This document shows, in pieces, positions 7,181 to 16,600 of a DNA stretch of 27,257 nucleotides. The stretch lies in contig JANRJK010000027.1 of NCBI GenBank assembly GCA_033764015.1, forward strand, positions 1 to 27,257, read 5' to 3'. The first letter of the stretch is position 1, and every line of letters begins with the position of its first letter. The DNA is from Candidatus Sumerlaeia bacterium (GTDB lineage: Bacteria; Sumerlaeota; Sumerlaeia; SLMS01; JANRJK01). A model generated the notes under the pieces. It was not told the origin of the DNA, did no database searches, and saw only the letters and a program-made list of their open reading frames with translations. A program made the translations under genes and the position numbers.

Positions 7181-9010
7181 ATGGCCCTGGTACTCAGGAA
7201 CGGCAAGATCCACCAGAACGTCGAGGGTACGGGGTTCGCTCAGGCCCTCGCGATCCGCGATGGCCGCATCGCGGCCGTGGGATCGAACCGCGACGTTCTG
7301 GCCGAGGCGGATGCGGACGCGGAGATCATCGATCTCCGCGGCCGCACCGTCATCCCCGGCCTCTGCGACAGCCACCTGCATGTGATCCGGGGCGGCCTGA
7401 ACTACAACATGGAGCTCCGCTGGGATGGCGTTCCGTCGCTGGCGTATGCGCTGGCGATGCTGAAGGACCAGGCCGCGCGGACTCCGCCGCCGCAGTGGGT
7501 GCGTGTGGTCGGCGGATTCAGCGAGTTCCAGTTCGCCGAGAAGCGCATGCCGACACTCGACGAGATCAATGCCGCCGCTCCCGACACGCCGGTCTTCATC
7601 CTCCACCTCTACTGCCAGGCGCTGCTGAACAAGGCCGCGCTGCGGGCCTGCGGCTATACGCGGGACACTCCCAACCCGCCGGGCGGGGAGATCCAGCGGG
7701 ACAAGAAGGGCGAGCCGACGGGCTTGCTGATCGCGCGCCCCAACGCGATGCTCCTCTATGCCTCCCTCGCGAAGGGCCCGAAGCTCCCGCCCGAGGACCA
7801 GTACAACTCCACGCGGCACTTCATGCGCGAGCTCAACCGCCTCGGCGTGACGTCAGCCTGCGATGCGGGCGGCGGGTTCCAGAACTACCCGGAGGACTAC
7901 GAGATCATCCGCCAGCTCCACGGGCGCGGCGAGATGACGGTTCGCATCGCCTACAACCTCTTCACGCAGAAGCCCGGCGGCGAGCTCGAGGACTTCCAGC
8001 GGTGGAACCGGCTCGTGAAGCCGGGCGAAGGCGACGACCTGCTCCGCTGCAACGGCGCGGGCGAGATGCTGGTGTTCTCCGCCGCCGACTTCGAGGACTT
8101 CCTCGAACCCCGCCCGGACCTCTCGCCGCGCCTCGAAGGCGACCTCGAAAGCGTGGTCGCGTTCCTCGCGGAGAACGGGTGGCCGTTCCGCCTCCACGCA
8201 ACCTACAACGAGTCGATCAGCCGTTTCCTCGATGTCTTCGAGCGGGTGCACCGGCACGCGCCGATCGACAAGCTGCACTGGTTCCTCGACCACTGCGAAA
8301 CGATCACTCCGCGAAACATCGAGCGCATCGCCGCGCTCGGGGGCGGCATCGCGGTGCAGCACCGCATGGCCTACCAGGGCGAGTACTTCGTGAACCTCTA
8401 CGGCTCCGCCGCCGCCGAATCCACGCCCCCGATCAAGCGCATGCTCGAGATGGGCCTCCCGGTCAGCGCAGGGACCGACGCGACCCGCGTCGCCAGCTAC
8501 AACCCCTTCGTCGCCCTCTACTGGATGGCGACCGGAAGGACCGTCGGCGGCCTGCGGCTCTATCCGGAGAAGAACTGCCTCAGCCGCGAGAAGGCACTCG
8601 AGCTGTTCACCAGCGGCGGCACCTGGATGTCGCGCGACGAAGGCAAGCGCGGGAGGCTCGCGCCCGGCCAGCTTGCCGATCTCGCGGTGCTCGCCTCGGA
8701 CTACTTCACGATTCCCGCGGAGGAAATCCGTACGCTCGAATCCGTCCTGACGATCCTTGGCGGGAGGCCTGTCTACGCGAGCGGCGATTTCACGCATCTC
8801 GATCCGCCGATCCCGCCGCCCAGCCCCGATTGGGCTCCGGTCCGGAAGTTCGGAGGCTACTACCACACGGCAACGGCACCCTCCCTTCCGCACACAAGGG
8901 GCTGCGGTTGCGGTGCCCACCACAAGCCGAAGAGCCATTGGAACGGACCGGCATGGATGCTCGGACCCCGCAGCGTCCTCGACGGAGGGTGCGAGTGCTT
9001 CGCTTTCTAA
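7181..9010 (+). CDS. YtcJ-type metal-dependent amidohydrolase (Amidohydro_3)
   Basis: Start MALVLRNGKI; DLRGRTVIPGLCDSHLH, RLHAT, LDHCE, AGTDA, GRLAPGQLADLAVL; Cys/His-rich tail. Confidence 0.93.
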   Translation: MALVLRNGKIHQNVEGTGFAQALAIRDGRIAAVGSNRDVLAEADADAEIIDLRGRTVIPGLCDSHLHVIRGGLNYNMELRWDGVPSLAYALAMLKDQAARTPPPQWVRVVGGFSEFQFAEKRMPTLDEINAAAPDTPVFILHLYCQALLNKAALRACGYTRDTPNPPGGEIQRDKKGEPTGLLIARPNAMLLYASLAKGPKLPPEDQYNSTRHFMRELNRLGVTSACDAGGGFQNYPEDYEIIRQLHGRGEMTVRIAYNLFTQKPGGELEDFQRWNRLVKPGEGDDLLRCNGAGEMLVFSAADFEDFLEPRPDLSPRLEGDLESVVAFLAENGWPFRLHATYNESISRFLDVFERVHRHAPIDKLHWFLDHCETITPRNIERIAALGGGIAVQHRMAYQGEYFVNLYGSAAAESTPPIKRMLEMGLPVSAGTDATRVASYNPFVALYWMATGRTVGGLRLYPEKNCLSREKALELFTSGGTWMSRDEGKRGRLAPGQLADLAVLASDYFTIPAEEIRTLESVLTILGGRPVYASGDFTHLDPPIPPPSPDWAPVRKFGGYYHTATAPSLPHTRGCGCGAHHKPKSHWNGPAWMLGPRSVLDGGCECFAF

Positions 9011-9453
9011 CGGGCTACCCAACCGCCGGCGCCCACACTCCCCGGCAGCAACTCGCGCTGCGCGTCGCCGCGGGCGGAGCCATGCTCTACTACCACGGAT
9101 GGCACAAGGCCGTGGAGGGCGCGGCATACGCGCTGCGGGGCGAATCGTGGCCGCTGCTGGTCGAGGTTGCCCAGCTTGGGCTGCCGCTTCCGTTGGCCTC
9201 CGCGGTGTTCGCAACGATCGCCCAAGGGTTGGGCAGCGCCTTTGTGATCGTGGGGCTGTTCACGCGCGCGGCGGCGCTCTTCGTGGCCGCCACGCTGACG
9301 GTGGCGGTGTACGCGAACCTGGCCCACGGCGAGGACCCGCAGCTCGCGCTGCTGTACCTGGTCGGCTTCGCGTTGGTGGCTTGGCAAGGTCCCGGCTCGA
9401 ACTCGGTGGATGAAATCCTGACTCTCGAAAACCCAAAGGACGTCCTCAAGTGA
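8995..9453 (+). CDS. DoxX-family membrane protein
   Basis: GTG at 8995 with GGAGG at 8984-8988; LRVAAGGAMLYYHGWHK, IVGLFTRAAA, GPGSNSVD; four hydrophobic segments. Confidence 0.85.
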   Translation: MLRFLTGYPTAGAHTPRQQLALRVAAGGAMLYYHGWHKAVEGAAYALRGESWPLLVEVAQLGLPLPLASAVFATIAQGLGSAFVIVGLFTRAAALFVAATLTVAVYANLAHGEDPQLALLYLVGFALVAWQGPGSNSVDEILTLENPKDVLK

Positions 9454-9704
9454 TCAAGATTCTCCTCGGGCTCGTGCTCGGCTTGGCGATCGGCGCCGCA
9501 TGCCGCTGGTTCGACATTCCAGTGCCGAGTCCGCCCAACATCGTGGGCGCCCTGCTCGTCGTCGCGATGACGATCGGATACATGGCAACAGACCGCTTTC
9601 TGGCGGCGCATCCGGCAACGACGGCGCACCTCTGCGGCGGTCCGGACGGCCGTGTGGTGGCGAAGGGGGAATCGCCGGACCGCGGAACCGCCGGGACCCA
9701 ATGA
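9450..9704 (+). CDS. XapX/DUF1427-domain small membrane protein
   Basis: LGLVLGLAIGAACRWFDIPVPSPPNIVGALLVVAMTIGY; GTGA/ATGA overlaps with both neighbours. Confidence 0.85.
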   Translation: MIKILLGLVLGLAIGAACRWFDIPVPSPPNIVGALLVVAMTIGYMATDRFLAAHPATTAHLCGGPDGRVVAKGESPDRGTAGTQ

Positions 9705-11296
9705 CCGGCGCCCCCACCCGCCCGGCATCGCCACTATCCATCCCGATCTTCCGGGCGTTCTGGATCGCCATGGTGTTCTCCAACATCGGCACCTACGCGC
9801 ACGATGTCGCCGTGGGATGGGTGATGACGGGGCTGACAACGTCGCCGGTGTTGGTCACGTCGATCCAAGTCGCCGCGACCCTGCCGATTTTCCTCCTGGG
9901 CGTGCCGGCGGGCGCGCTCGCCGACATCGTGAACCGCCGGCTCCTGATCCTGCGCACGCAGCTCTTCATGCTGGCGGTCTGCGTGGCGCTGGCGGCGCTC
10001 ACGTTCTTCCAGCTCCTCAACCCGTGGATCATTCTGGGCGCCACCGCGCTGCTCGGGATCGCAACCGCGTTGGCGATGCCGGGGATGCAGGCAACCATTC
10101 CCGACCTCGTGCCCGGTTCCGCACTCCCCGGCGCCCTCGCGCTCAGCAGCTCCTCGATCAACATCTCCCGCGCGGTGGGCCCCGCGCTGGCGGCGTTTGT
10201 CTTGGGGATCGCCGGACCGGGAGTGGTCTTCTTGTTCAACGCACTTTCATTCGTTGGGATCATCACCGTGCTCTCGGCGTGGAAGCCGGCGGCGCCGATC
10301 ACCACGCTCCCGCCGGAGTCGCTCTTCGGTGCCCTGAAGGTGGGCTTCCGGTATGCACGCTACTCGGCGACGTTCCGCGCGGTGCTTTGGCGGGTGGCGT
10401 TCTTCGTGCTCCCGGCCAGCGGGCTGTGGGCGCTGATGCCGCTCTTCTCGCGAGTGCGGCTCGGCGCCTCGCCAACCGAGTACGGGCTCCTCATGGCGGC
10501 GCTCGGCGCAGGTGCCCTGCTCGGGGTCGCCTTGCTGCCGCGCGTGCGGCGCCTCTGCAGCCAGCAGGCGATTTCCGTGCTCGGCGCCCTCGGCTTCGGC
10601 GCGGGCGCCGCGGCCCTGAGCTTCCTTCGCGAGCCGCTCTTCGCTGGTGCGGTCCTCTTGATCGCCGGAGTGTGCTGGCTGCTTGCCATGACGACGCTGA
10701 ACCTGTCCGCGCAGACCGAGTTGCCCACGTGGGTCCGCGCGAGGGGCCTCGGCGCCAACCTGATGGCGTTCTCCGGTTCCATGGCGTTGGGCGGCCTTCT
10801 CTGGGGCGGGCTTGCCGAGTGGACCGGCAGCCATCTGTCCCTCCGCGCAGCCGGTGGTGCGACCGTGCTCCTCGGCCTCGCAGGCCTCGCCATCCCGCTC
10901 CGGCAACCCGCGCCGGAGTCCCTCGCCTCCACCAACACCTGGCCCGATCCTCCCGCCGGGCGGCATGTCGCCCTCGATCAAGGCCCGGTCCTCGTCACCG
11001 TCGAATACCATGTGGACGCCTCCGAGCGCGGCGCGTTCCTTGCGGCGATCTCGCAACTCCGGCTATCGCGGCTGCGCGAGGGCGCCTACCGCTGGTCGGT
11101 CCACGAAAGTGTCGAGCCGGCCGGACGCTTCTTCGAGTCCTTCGAGCTCGAGAGCTGGGCCGACCATTTGCGCCAACACGAGCGCGTCTCGAAGGCGGAT
11201 GCGGAGGTCGAACAGCGCGTCGATGCCTTCAACCGCGGAGACGGACCGCCGCTCGTCCGCCACTACGTGGCAAGCCAACTGCCCAGGGAGTCCTGA
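9701..11296 (+). CDS. MFS transporter (MFS_3 type) with C-terminal soluble domain
   Basis: About 12 hydrophobic segments, motif A GALADIVNRR, NISRAVGPALA, WVRARG; C-terminal GPVLVTVEYHV...SWADHLRQHER domain. Confidence 0.92.
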   Translation: MTGAPTRPASPLSIPIFRAFWIAMVFSNIGTYAHDVAVGWVMTGLTTSPVLVTSIQVAATLPIFLLGVPAGALADIVNRRLLILRTQLFMLAVCVALAALTFFQLLNPWIILGATALLGIATALAMPGMQATIPDLVPGSALPGALALSSSSINISRAVGPALAAFVLGIAGPGVVFLFNALSFVGIITVLSAWKPAAPITTLPPESLFGALKVGFRYARYSATFRAVLWRVAFFVLPASGLWALMPLFSRVRLGASPTEYGLLMAALGAGALLGVALLPRVRRLCSQQAISVLGALGFGAGAAALSFLREPLFAGAVLLIAGVCWLLAMTTLNLSAQTELPTWVRARGLGANLMAFSGSMALGGLLWGGLAEWTGSHLSLRAAGGATVLLGLAGLAIPLRQPAPESLASTNTWPDPPAGRHVALDQGPVLVTVEYHVDASERGAFLAAISQLRLSRLREGAYRWSVHESVEPAGRFFESFELESWADHLRQHERVSKADAEVEQRVDAFNRGDGPPLVRHYVASQLPRES

Positions 11297-11297
11297 G

Positions 11298-12032
11298 GTG
11301 ATTTCCTACTTCCCCGACGAGAAGCTTCAGCGTCTCGGCAACCACCGCTTCCAGCTTCACCGGATGCGCCCCGGCCATATCCGACCGGACAACGGCGGCG
11401 ACCCGGGGCTCGGTCCACTGGGCACCATCGACCAGGCCGTGCTCATACCGGGGCTTCTGGTCCCGATGCACGAGCACCGGAACGACGAGATCGTCAGCTA
11501 CCTGTGGCGCGGGCAGATGCTGCACCGCGACTCGACCGGCGATTCCGCGATGCTCGGCCCGGGCACCGTCATGGTGATGAACGCGGGCCGTGGGTTCTCG
11601 CACGAGGAGAGCGTCCCCGGCGAGCCCGTGGAGATGCTGCAGATCTTCATCCGGCCGGAAGCGGCGGGGCTTCCGCCGGAACTGCAAATCGACACCATTC
11701 ACTGGCCGCCCCCCGACGATGGGTGGCGCCTCCTGGTGGGCCCCCAAGGCCTGGACTGCCCGTTCTACGTCCGCCAACAGATCCGCCTGCTCGATCTCGT
11801 GATGCACCCGGGCTGTGTCGCCGCCGTACCGAGCGCGACCGGACACGATGCGCTGGTGTATGTCGCCACGGGAGGGATCGCCGTTGGGGATCGTTCCGTT
11901 GCCGCCCGGTCGGCGGCGCTGGTGACAGAGGGGGAAGTGGCGGTGCTCTCGGCGCCGGTCGAGTCGCTTGTGGTGGTCTTCCTGATCGATCGCAGGGCTG
12001 CGTTTTCCCGCGCGGGCACGCTGAGCGGATAA
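11298..12032 (+). CDS. Pirin-family bicupin protein
   Basis: GTG start directly after the MFS stop; metal ligands PMHEHRNDEI and MNAGRGFSHEE; MLQIFIRP. Confidence 0.9.
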   Translation: MISYFPDEKLQRLGNHRFQLHRMRPGHIRPDNGGDPGLGPLGTIDQAVLIPGLLVPMHEHRNDEIVSYLWRGQMLHRDSTGDSAMLGPGTVMVMNAGRGFSHEESVPGEPVEMLQIFIRPEAAGLPPELQIDTIHWPPPDDGWRLLVGPQGLDCPFYVRQQIRLLDLVMHPGCVAAVPSATGHDALVYVATGGIAVGDRSVAARSAALVTEGEVAVLSAPVESLVVVFLIDRRAAFSRAGTLSG

Positions 12033-12133
12033 GTGGCTTCGGGCGCCGTTGCCGATTCGCCCGCGGCTTGCGGGCGCGCGCTCCGACCGCGAAACGGCCG
12101 CCGCCGTCGAGGGCCGGGAGGCGGCGGCTTGGG

Positions 12134-12149
12134 TCACCCAAAAGGATCA
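12134..12149. promoter_or_regulatory. Candidate operator, copy 3 (reverse orientation, TGATCCTTTTGGGTGA)
   Basis: TCACCCAAAAG at 12134-12144 is the reverse complement of CTTTTGGGTGA, about 105 bp upstream of the response regulator; closest copy to a TCAYCC-N4-GGRTGA palindrome. Confidence 0.6.
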
Positions 12150-12248
12150 TGGACGTGGTTGCACTTTCCGGCGCATACAAACTGCAAGCGAGGGCTACGG
12201 GCTCCGCGCATCACCGCGCGCCCGGGAAGGTCGCAGGATACTCAGACC

Positions 12249-12884
12249 ATGGCGGGCACCCCAGACGTCATTACGATCATCGTCGCCGATGACCATCCCG
12301 TCGTGCGGGAGGGTATCGCGGCCATGATCGCCCAGCAGCCGGACATGAGGGTGGTGGGCGAGGCATCGGATGGCCCCGAGACGCTCGAGCTTTGGCGCAA
12401 GCTGCGGCCCCGCCTCGTGATCCTCGATCTCGAAATGCCGCGCATGGGCGGCATCGACACCTTCGCGCGCATCCGCGAAGAGTGCCTCGAAACGCAGGCG
12501 ATCGTCCTGTCGGTCTTCCAGAGCGAGGAAGACATCTACCGCGCCACGGAGGCAGGCGTCTCCGCCTACCTGGTGAAGGACACCCCGCGCCTCGAGTTGC
12601 TCCAAACCATCCGCCGCGTCGCCGCGGGCGAGCGCTGCATGGATGCGCGCGTCGCCGCGAAGCTCGCCGACCGCATCGCGAAGGGCGCCCTCTCCGCGCG
12701 CGAAATCCAGGTGCTCTCGCTCGTGGCCACCGGACGCGCGAACAAGGAGATCGCCGCCGAGCTGTTCATCAGCGAGGGAACCGTGAAGGCGCACCTGAAG
12801 AGCATTTTCGGCAAGCTGGATGCCGTGAGCAGGACCGAGGCGGTGCAGATCGCCTTGCAGAGGGGCATCATCCGACTGCACTAG
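12249..12884 (+). CDS. NarL/FixJ-family response regulator (REC + LuxR HTH)
   Basis: ADDHPVVREG, ILDLEMP (phospho-Asp), YLVKD, LSAREIQVL...NKEIAAELFISEGTVKAHLKSIFGKL. Confidence 0.95.
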   Translation: MAGTPDVITIIVADDHPVVREGIAAMIAQQPDMRVVGEASDGPETLELWRKLRPRLVILDLEMPRMGGIDTFARIREECLETQAIVLSVFQSEEDIYRATEAGVSAYLVKDTPRLELLQTIRRVAAGERCMDARVAAKLADRIAKGALSAREIQVLSLVATGRANKEIAAELFISEGTVKAHLKSIFGKLDAVSRTEAVQIALQRGIIRLH

Positions 12885-12918
12885 CGGGCGGCTGGCACCC
12901 CGCGGAAGGAGACTTTGC

Positions 12919-13572
12919 GTGAAGCTCTTGATCGCTGGAGCCACCGGGCAGGTCGGTGCGCTGGCCGTGGCGGAAGCGCTCTCCGAGGGGCACGAAGTTA
13001 CAGCGTTGGCCCGCAACCCCGCCCGGCTGGAGCAGGGCACCGCAGGCAAGAGTCCTCGGCTCCGGACCGTCGCGGGCGATGTCTTGGACCGCGATGCGGT
13101 GCGCCGTGCCGTAGCGGGGCAGGACGCGTTGCTGCTCGTCTTCGGCGCGCCGCTCAACCTGCAGACAATCGCCAACGTGCCGGTCGTGCGCACAGAGGCC
13201 ACCGGCCACTTCATCGATGCCATGAAGGAGTCCGGTGTCCGCCGCTTGGTGGTAATGACGGGAATCGGCGCGGGCGACAGCCGGCGAAGCGGCCGCGCGA
13301 TTTTCCGCAACGTAATCCGCCCCCTGCTTTTGGGAAGGATCTACGTGGATATGGACAGGCAGGAGCAGCTCGTCCAAGCGAGCCCGCTCGATTGGACCAT
13401 CGTGCGTCCCGCCGAGCTGACCAATGGCCCGGCACTTGGAAATGTTCGCACAATTACAGACTATCAGCGCGAGCCAGCGAGCACGATCAGCCGGTCCGAC
13501 GTAGCCCGTTTCTTGGTTACTTGTTGTGCCAGCGCGGCACTTCCGAAACAATGTTACGTGATTTCGAGCTGA
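12919..13572 (+). CDS. NAD(P)H-binding atypical SDR (flavin reductase/biliverdin reductase B-like)
   Basis: GATGQVG, VTALARNP, GDVLD, LDWTIVRP, ISRSDVA. Confidence 0.9.
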   Translation: MKLLIAGATGQVGALAVAEALSEGHEVTALARNPARLEQGTAGKSPRLRTVAGDVLDRDAVRRAVAGQDALLLVFGAPLNLQTIANVPVVRTEATGHFIDAMKESGVRRLVVMTGIGAGDSRRSGRAIFRNVIRPLLLGRIYVDMDRQEQLVQASPLDWTIVRPAELTNGPALGNVRTITDYQREPASTISRSDVARFLVTCCASAALPKQCYVISS

Positions 13573-13658
13573 AGAGGGCGGAGGCCATTCCGTGGCGCCC
13601 CCTCGGGCGCTGGGCGCAAGTCGCCCCGACAAATGGGGTGACTCCGGTGATCCAGTCC

Positions 13659-16600
13659 ATGCCGCTTCCCCCCGAGGCCGGCAAGCCCGCCAGCGAAGAC
13701 CCGCAAGAGCCGTGGTTTGCGCATGTGCTCCGGCTGGCGACCGACGCGGAAAACGGCGTCGGCTCCAGGAAGATCCTCGAAGAACTGCTCCTCGCGGCCC
13801 GCACTTGGTTTTCCGTCAAGTCCTGCGGGCTCTGGAAGGTGTCCTCCGACGGACGGGTCCGAAACCTCTTCTTCGCGATTGAGGGGCGCATCTGGTCGGT
13901 CGAGGAAATCGACGGGCGATTCCCCGAGTTCGGCGGCATCGGGCGCCTCTTCCGCGAAGGGTTCCTCGTTCCGAAGGACTACCTGCACGGCAACCTCCCC
14001 GGCGATCACCGCCCGCCTGCGGTACTGGATCACTCGGTCGAGTCCACCTACCCGCTGTTCCACGCATTCGGCAGGCTTGTCGGGCCTGTGGAACTGAACC
14101 TTCCGGTCCTTGTGGACGGCGCGGAGCGTTTCTCCCTCACGCTTCATCGAGCCGCGGGCTCGACGTACACTCCCGCGGAGATCCAAAGCGCGCGGAGTTT
14201 CGCGCGCGCCGCCGGACTCATCGGTTCGCTCCTGGAGCGGGAAGAGACCGCGCTCGCGCTCGTGCAGGCGCAGGAGCAGCGCCAAGCGATGGCCCTGCGC
14301 AACCAACGCCTGGCGGACGCCAACCGGATCCTTAACCGCGTCGCGGAGGACTCGGAAGTCGCCGGGTCGCCAGATGGGATCTTGGGGCGGTTGCTCGTCG
14401 AAGTCTGTGGCGTGGTGCGGGCTGAGCGGGGAGCGATCTTCCTTCCAGAGAATGGCAAACAGCGCCTGCGCGCCGGCTTCTTCATGGAGAGCGGGGGCCT
14501 GATCGATGTCGCCCGGTCGGAGGCGCACGCGCTGTGGCGCGAGGGATTCGATTTCGATGCCCTCGCCGGCACCGAGTCGCTGGCCGGCGGCAGGCTCGTG
14601 GTTGGCACCTTGGACGAAGTGGCGCCCCAGCTCTGGGCTCCTTCCGTGGAGTGGCACCGGCGCATGGGCACCGAGGCGCTCGTCATGGCGCCCCTCCACT
14701 ATGGTGGCAGGCTCGTGGGGTTGCTCGGTCTCGGAGTTTCCGCGAAGGTGATCGAGTCGCAGGAGGACCTCGAACTTGTCCTCACGATCGCCCATGCGAT
14801 CTCGCTGTCGGCGGCGCTTCGGGAACTGGCCGAGACGGAGAAAAACCTCGCGGTGTCCATCGAGCGCGAGGAGGCGGCGCGCAACCGCGCGGAGGAACTG
14901 AACCGCGCCAACGAAGCCCTGAAGGGCACGCTCGACCGGCTCGCCTCCGATAAGGAAATCGCGTCGTTCCTCTCGCACCTCGCGCTGACCGCGCAGATCA
15001 GCGCCGGCGCGATCTCCAATGCCATCTTCCTGATGGACGAGTCCGGGGAGAGCTATCACCTCTCCGCGTATGCGCTGAGGGGCGAGGTGCTCGACCTCCA
15101 CACCGATCCCCGGATTGCGATCTGGCGGCAGCCCGTTCCGAAGGAGGAGAACGCGGACGCCGATGCGGCGATGCGCTCCGGCAAGCCTGTTGTCCACGAC
15201 GTGCCCGTGATCGCGAGCGACCAGATGGCATGGCCCCGCGCCATCGAGTTCCACCGGTCGATGGGACACGGCTCGGTGGTGGCGCACCCGATGATCGCAG
15301 GGGACAGGTACCTGGGCTTCATGGGGCTTTGCTTCAGCGACCGCGCCTCGATCGTGCCGCGGAAGCTTGAGCTGGCGGAGGCGCTCGCGCAGCAGGGCTC
15401 GCTCGCCGTGCTCCTCTCGCGGCAGGGGGAGGAGATCGCGCGGGCAAGCGTCGCGCAAGAGGTCGAGCGGGCCGGGCGCGCCTGGGCGGAAGAACTCCTC
15501 CGGGCGAGCGCCGCCATGGGCGCCAGCGTCGGCAGCCTGAGCAGCAGCCAAGGCCTCGACGACTTCCTCACCATCCTTGTCCAGGAAGCGATCCGCACCA
15601 GCGGCGCCGTTTCCGGAACCATCTTCGTCCACGACCCCGAAAAGGCGGAAATCACCCAAGTCGTCCACATCCTGAGGGGAGTCATCGTCACCGACCTGCG
15701 GTCGCCGGAGAACGCCCCCTTCCACGAGCCCATCCCCACCGATGGCTTCGACGGCTGGCGCGTCACGGCGGAGGACGACTCGATCTTCTGGCTCGATTAC
15801 AGTTACAAGGATTCGCGCGACCTCGAGTTTTCCCACGACTTCCACCAACGCTTGGGACACCGCTTTGTTGCGGCGATCCCGATGCGCAACAAGCGCGAGG
15901 TCCTGGGCTTCCTTGGATTGGCGTGGGACAAGAGCCTCGATGTGCGCCCAACGGAGGAGCGCCTCGAGTTGTGCCGATTGCTGGCGCACCAGGCGGCCAT
16001 CGCGCAGCGCCTGACCGTGATCTCGAAGGTGGCGCAGGAGGCCGCCGTCACCCGCGAGCGGGAGCGGCTCGCGCAGGAGCGCGCCGCGGAACTCGAGCTG
16101 ATCAACGCGGAACTCGTCCGGCGCGACCGCCTTCTCGATGCGCTCACCGAGGCCACGAAACTCCTCCTGCAGTCGCCCGACTTGAACAAGACGATCCTAG
16201 AGGCGCTCGCCCTGATGGCGGAAGCAGGCGGCTTCCACCGCGGAGGGCTCCTTGAGAACTGCGACGAGGCGGGACGACCCTGCAACGCAGGGTGGTTCCG
16301 CGTCCTGCACGAGTGGGCGCAGGGCGAGCTCCCAAAGCAGGGCGACGGGGATTACGCGATGGGGCGCTGGGCCGACCTGACCGACGAAGGCATGCCCGAT
16401 GGGGCAGCCATGCTTGCGGCGGGGCAGGTGGTGGACGGCGGACGCGAAGACTGCTCGGAACTCTGCCGTGCCATGATGGAGTCGATCGGCGCCCACTACA
16501 CCGTGTGTGCACCCATCCATGTCGGCGAGTACTTCTGGGGGGCGCTCGCGTTCGACGACTGCGTCACCAGCCGGCGGCGCTCCGAGGAGGAGAAGAACGC

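Noticed and set aside
7066..8994. 795-aa ORF suggesting a long DoxX fusion
   Set aside because: Arg/Pro-rich alternate frame of the amidohydrolase; only 8995-9453 is DoxX-like.
12915..13637. Kinase start at 12915 (1652 aa)
   Set aside because: Overlaps the reductase gene in another frame, with no domain-like sequence.
13621..13641. TCGCCCC-N7-GGGGTGA as a fifth operator copy
   Set aside because: It has the GGGTGA half-site but lacks CTTT and has different spacing; more likely a small hairpin.
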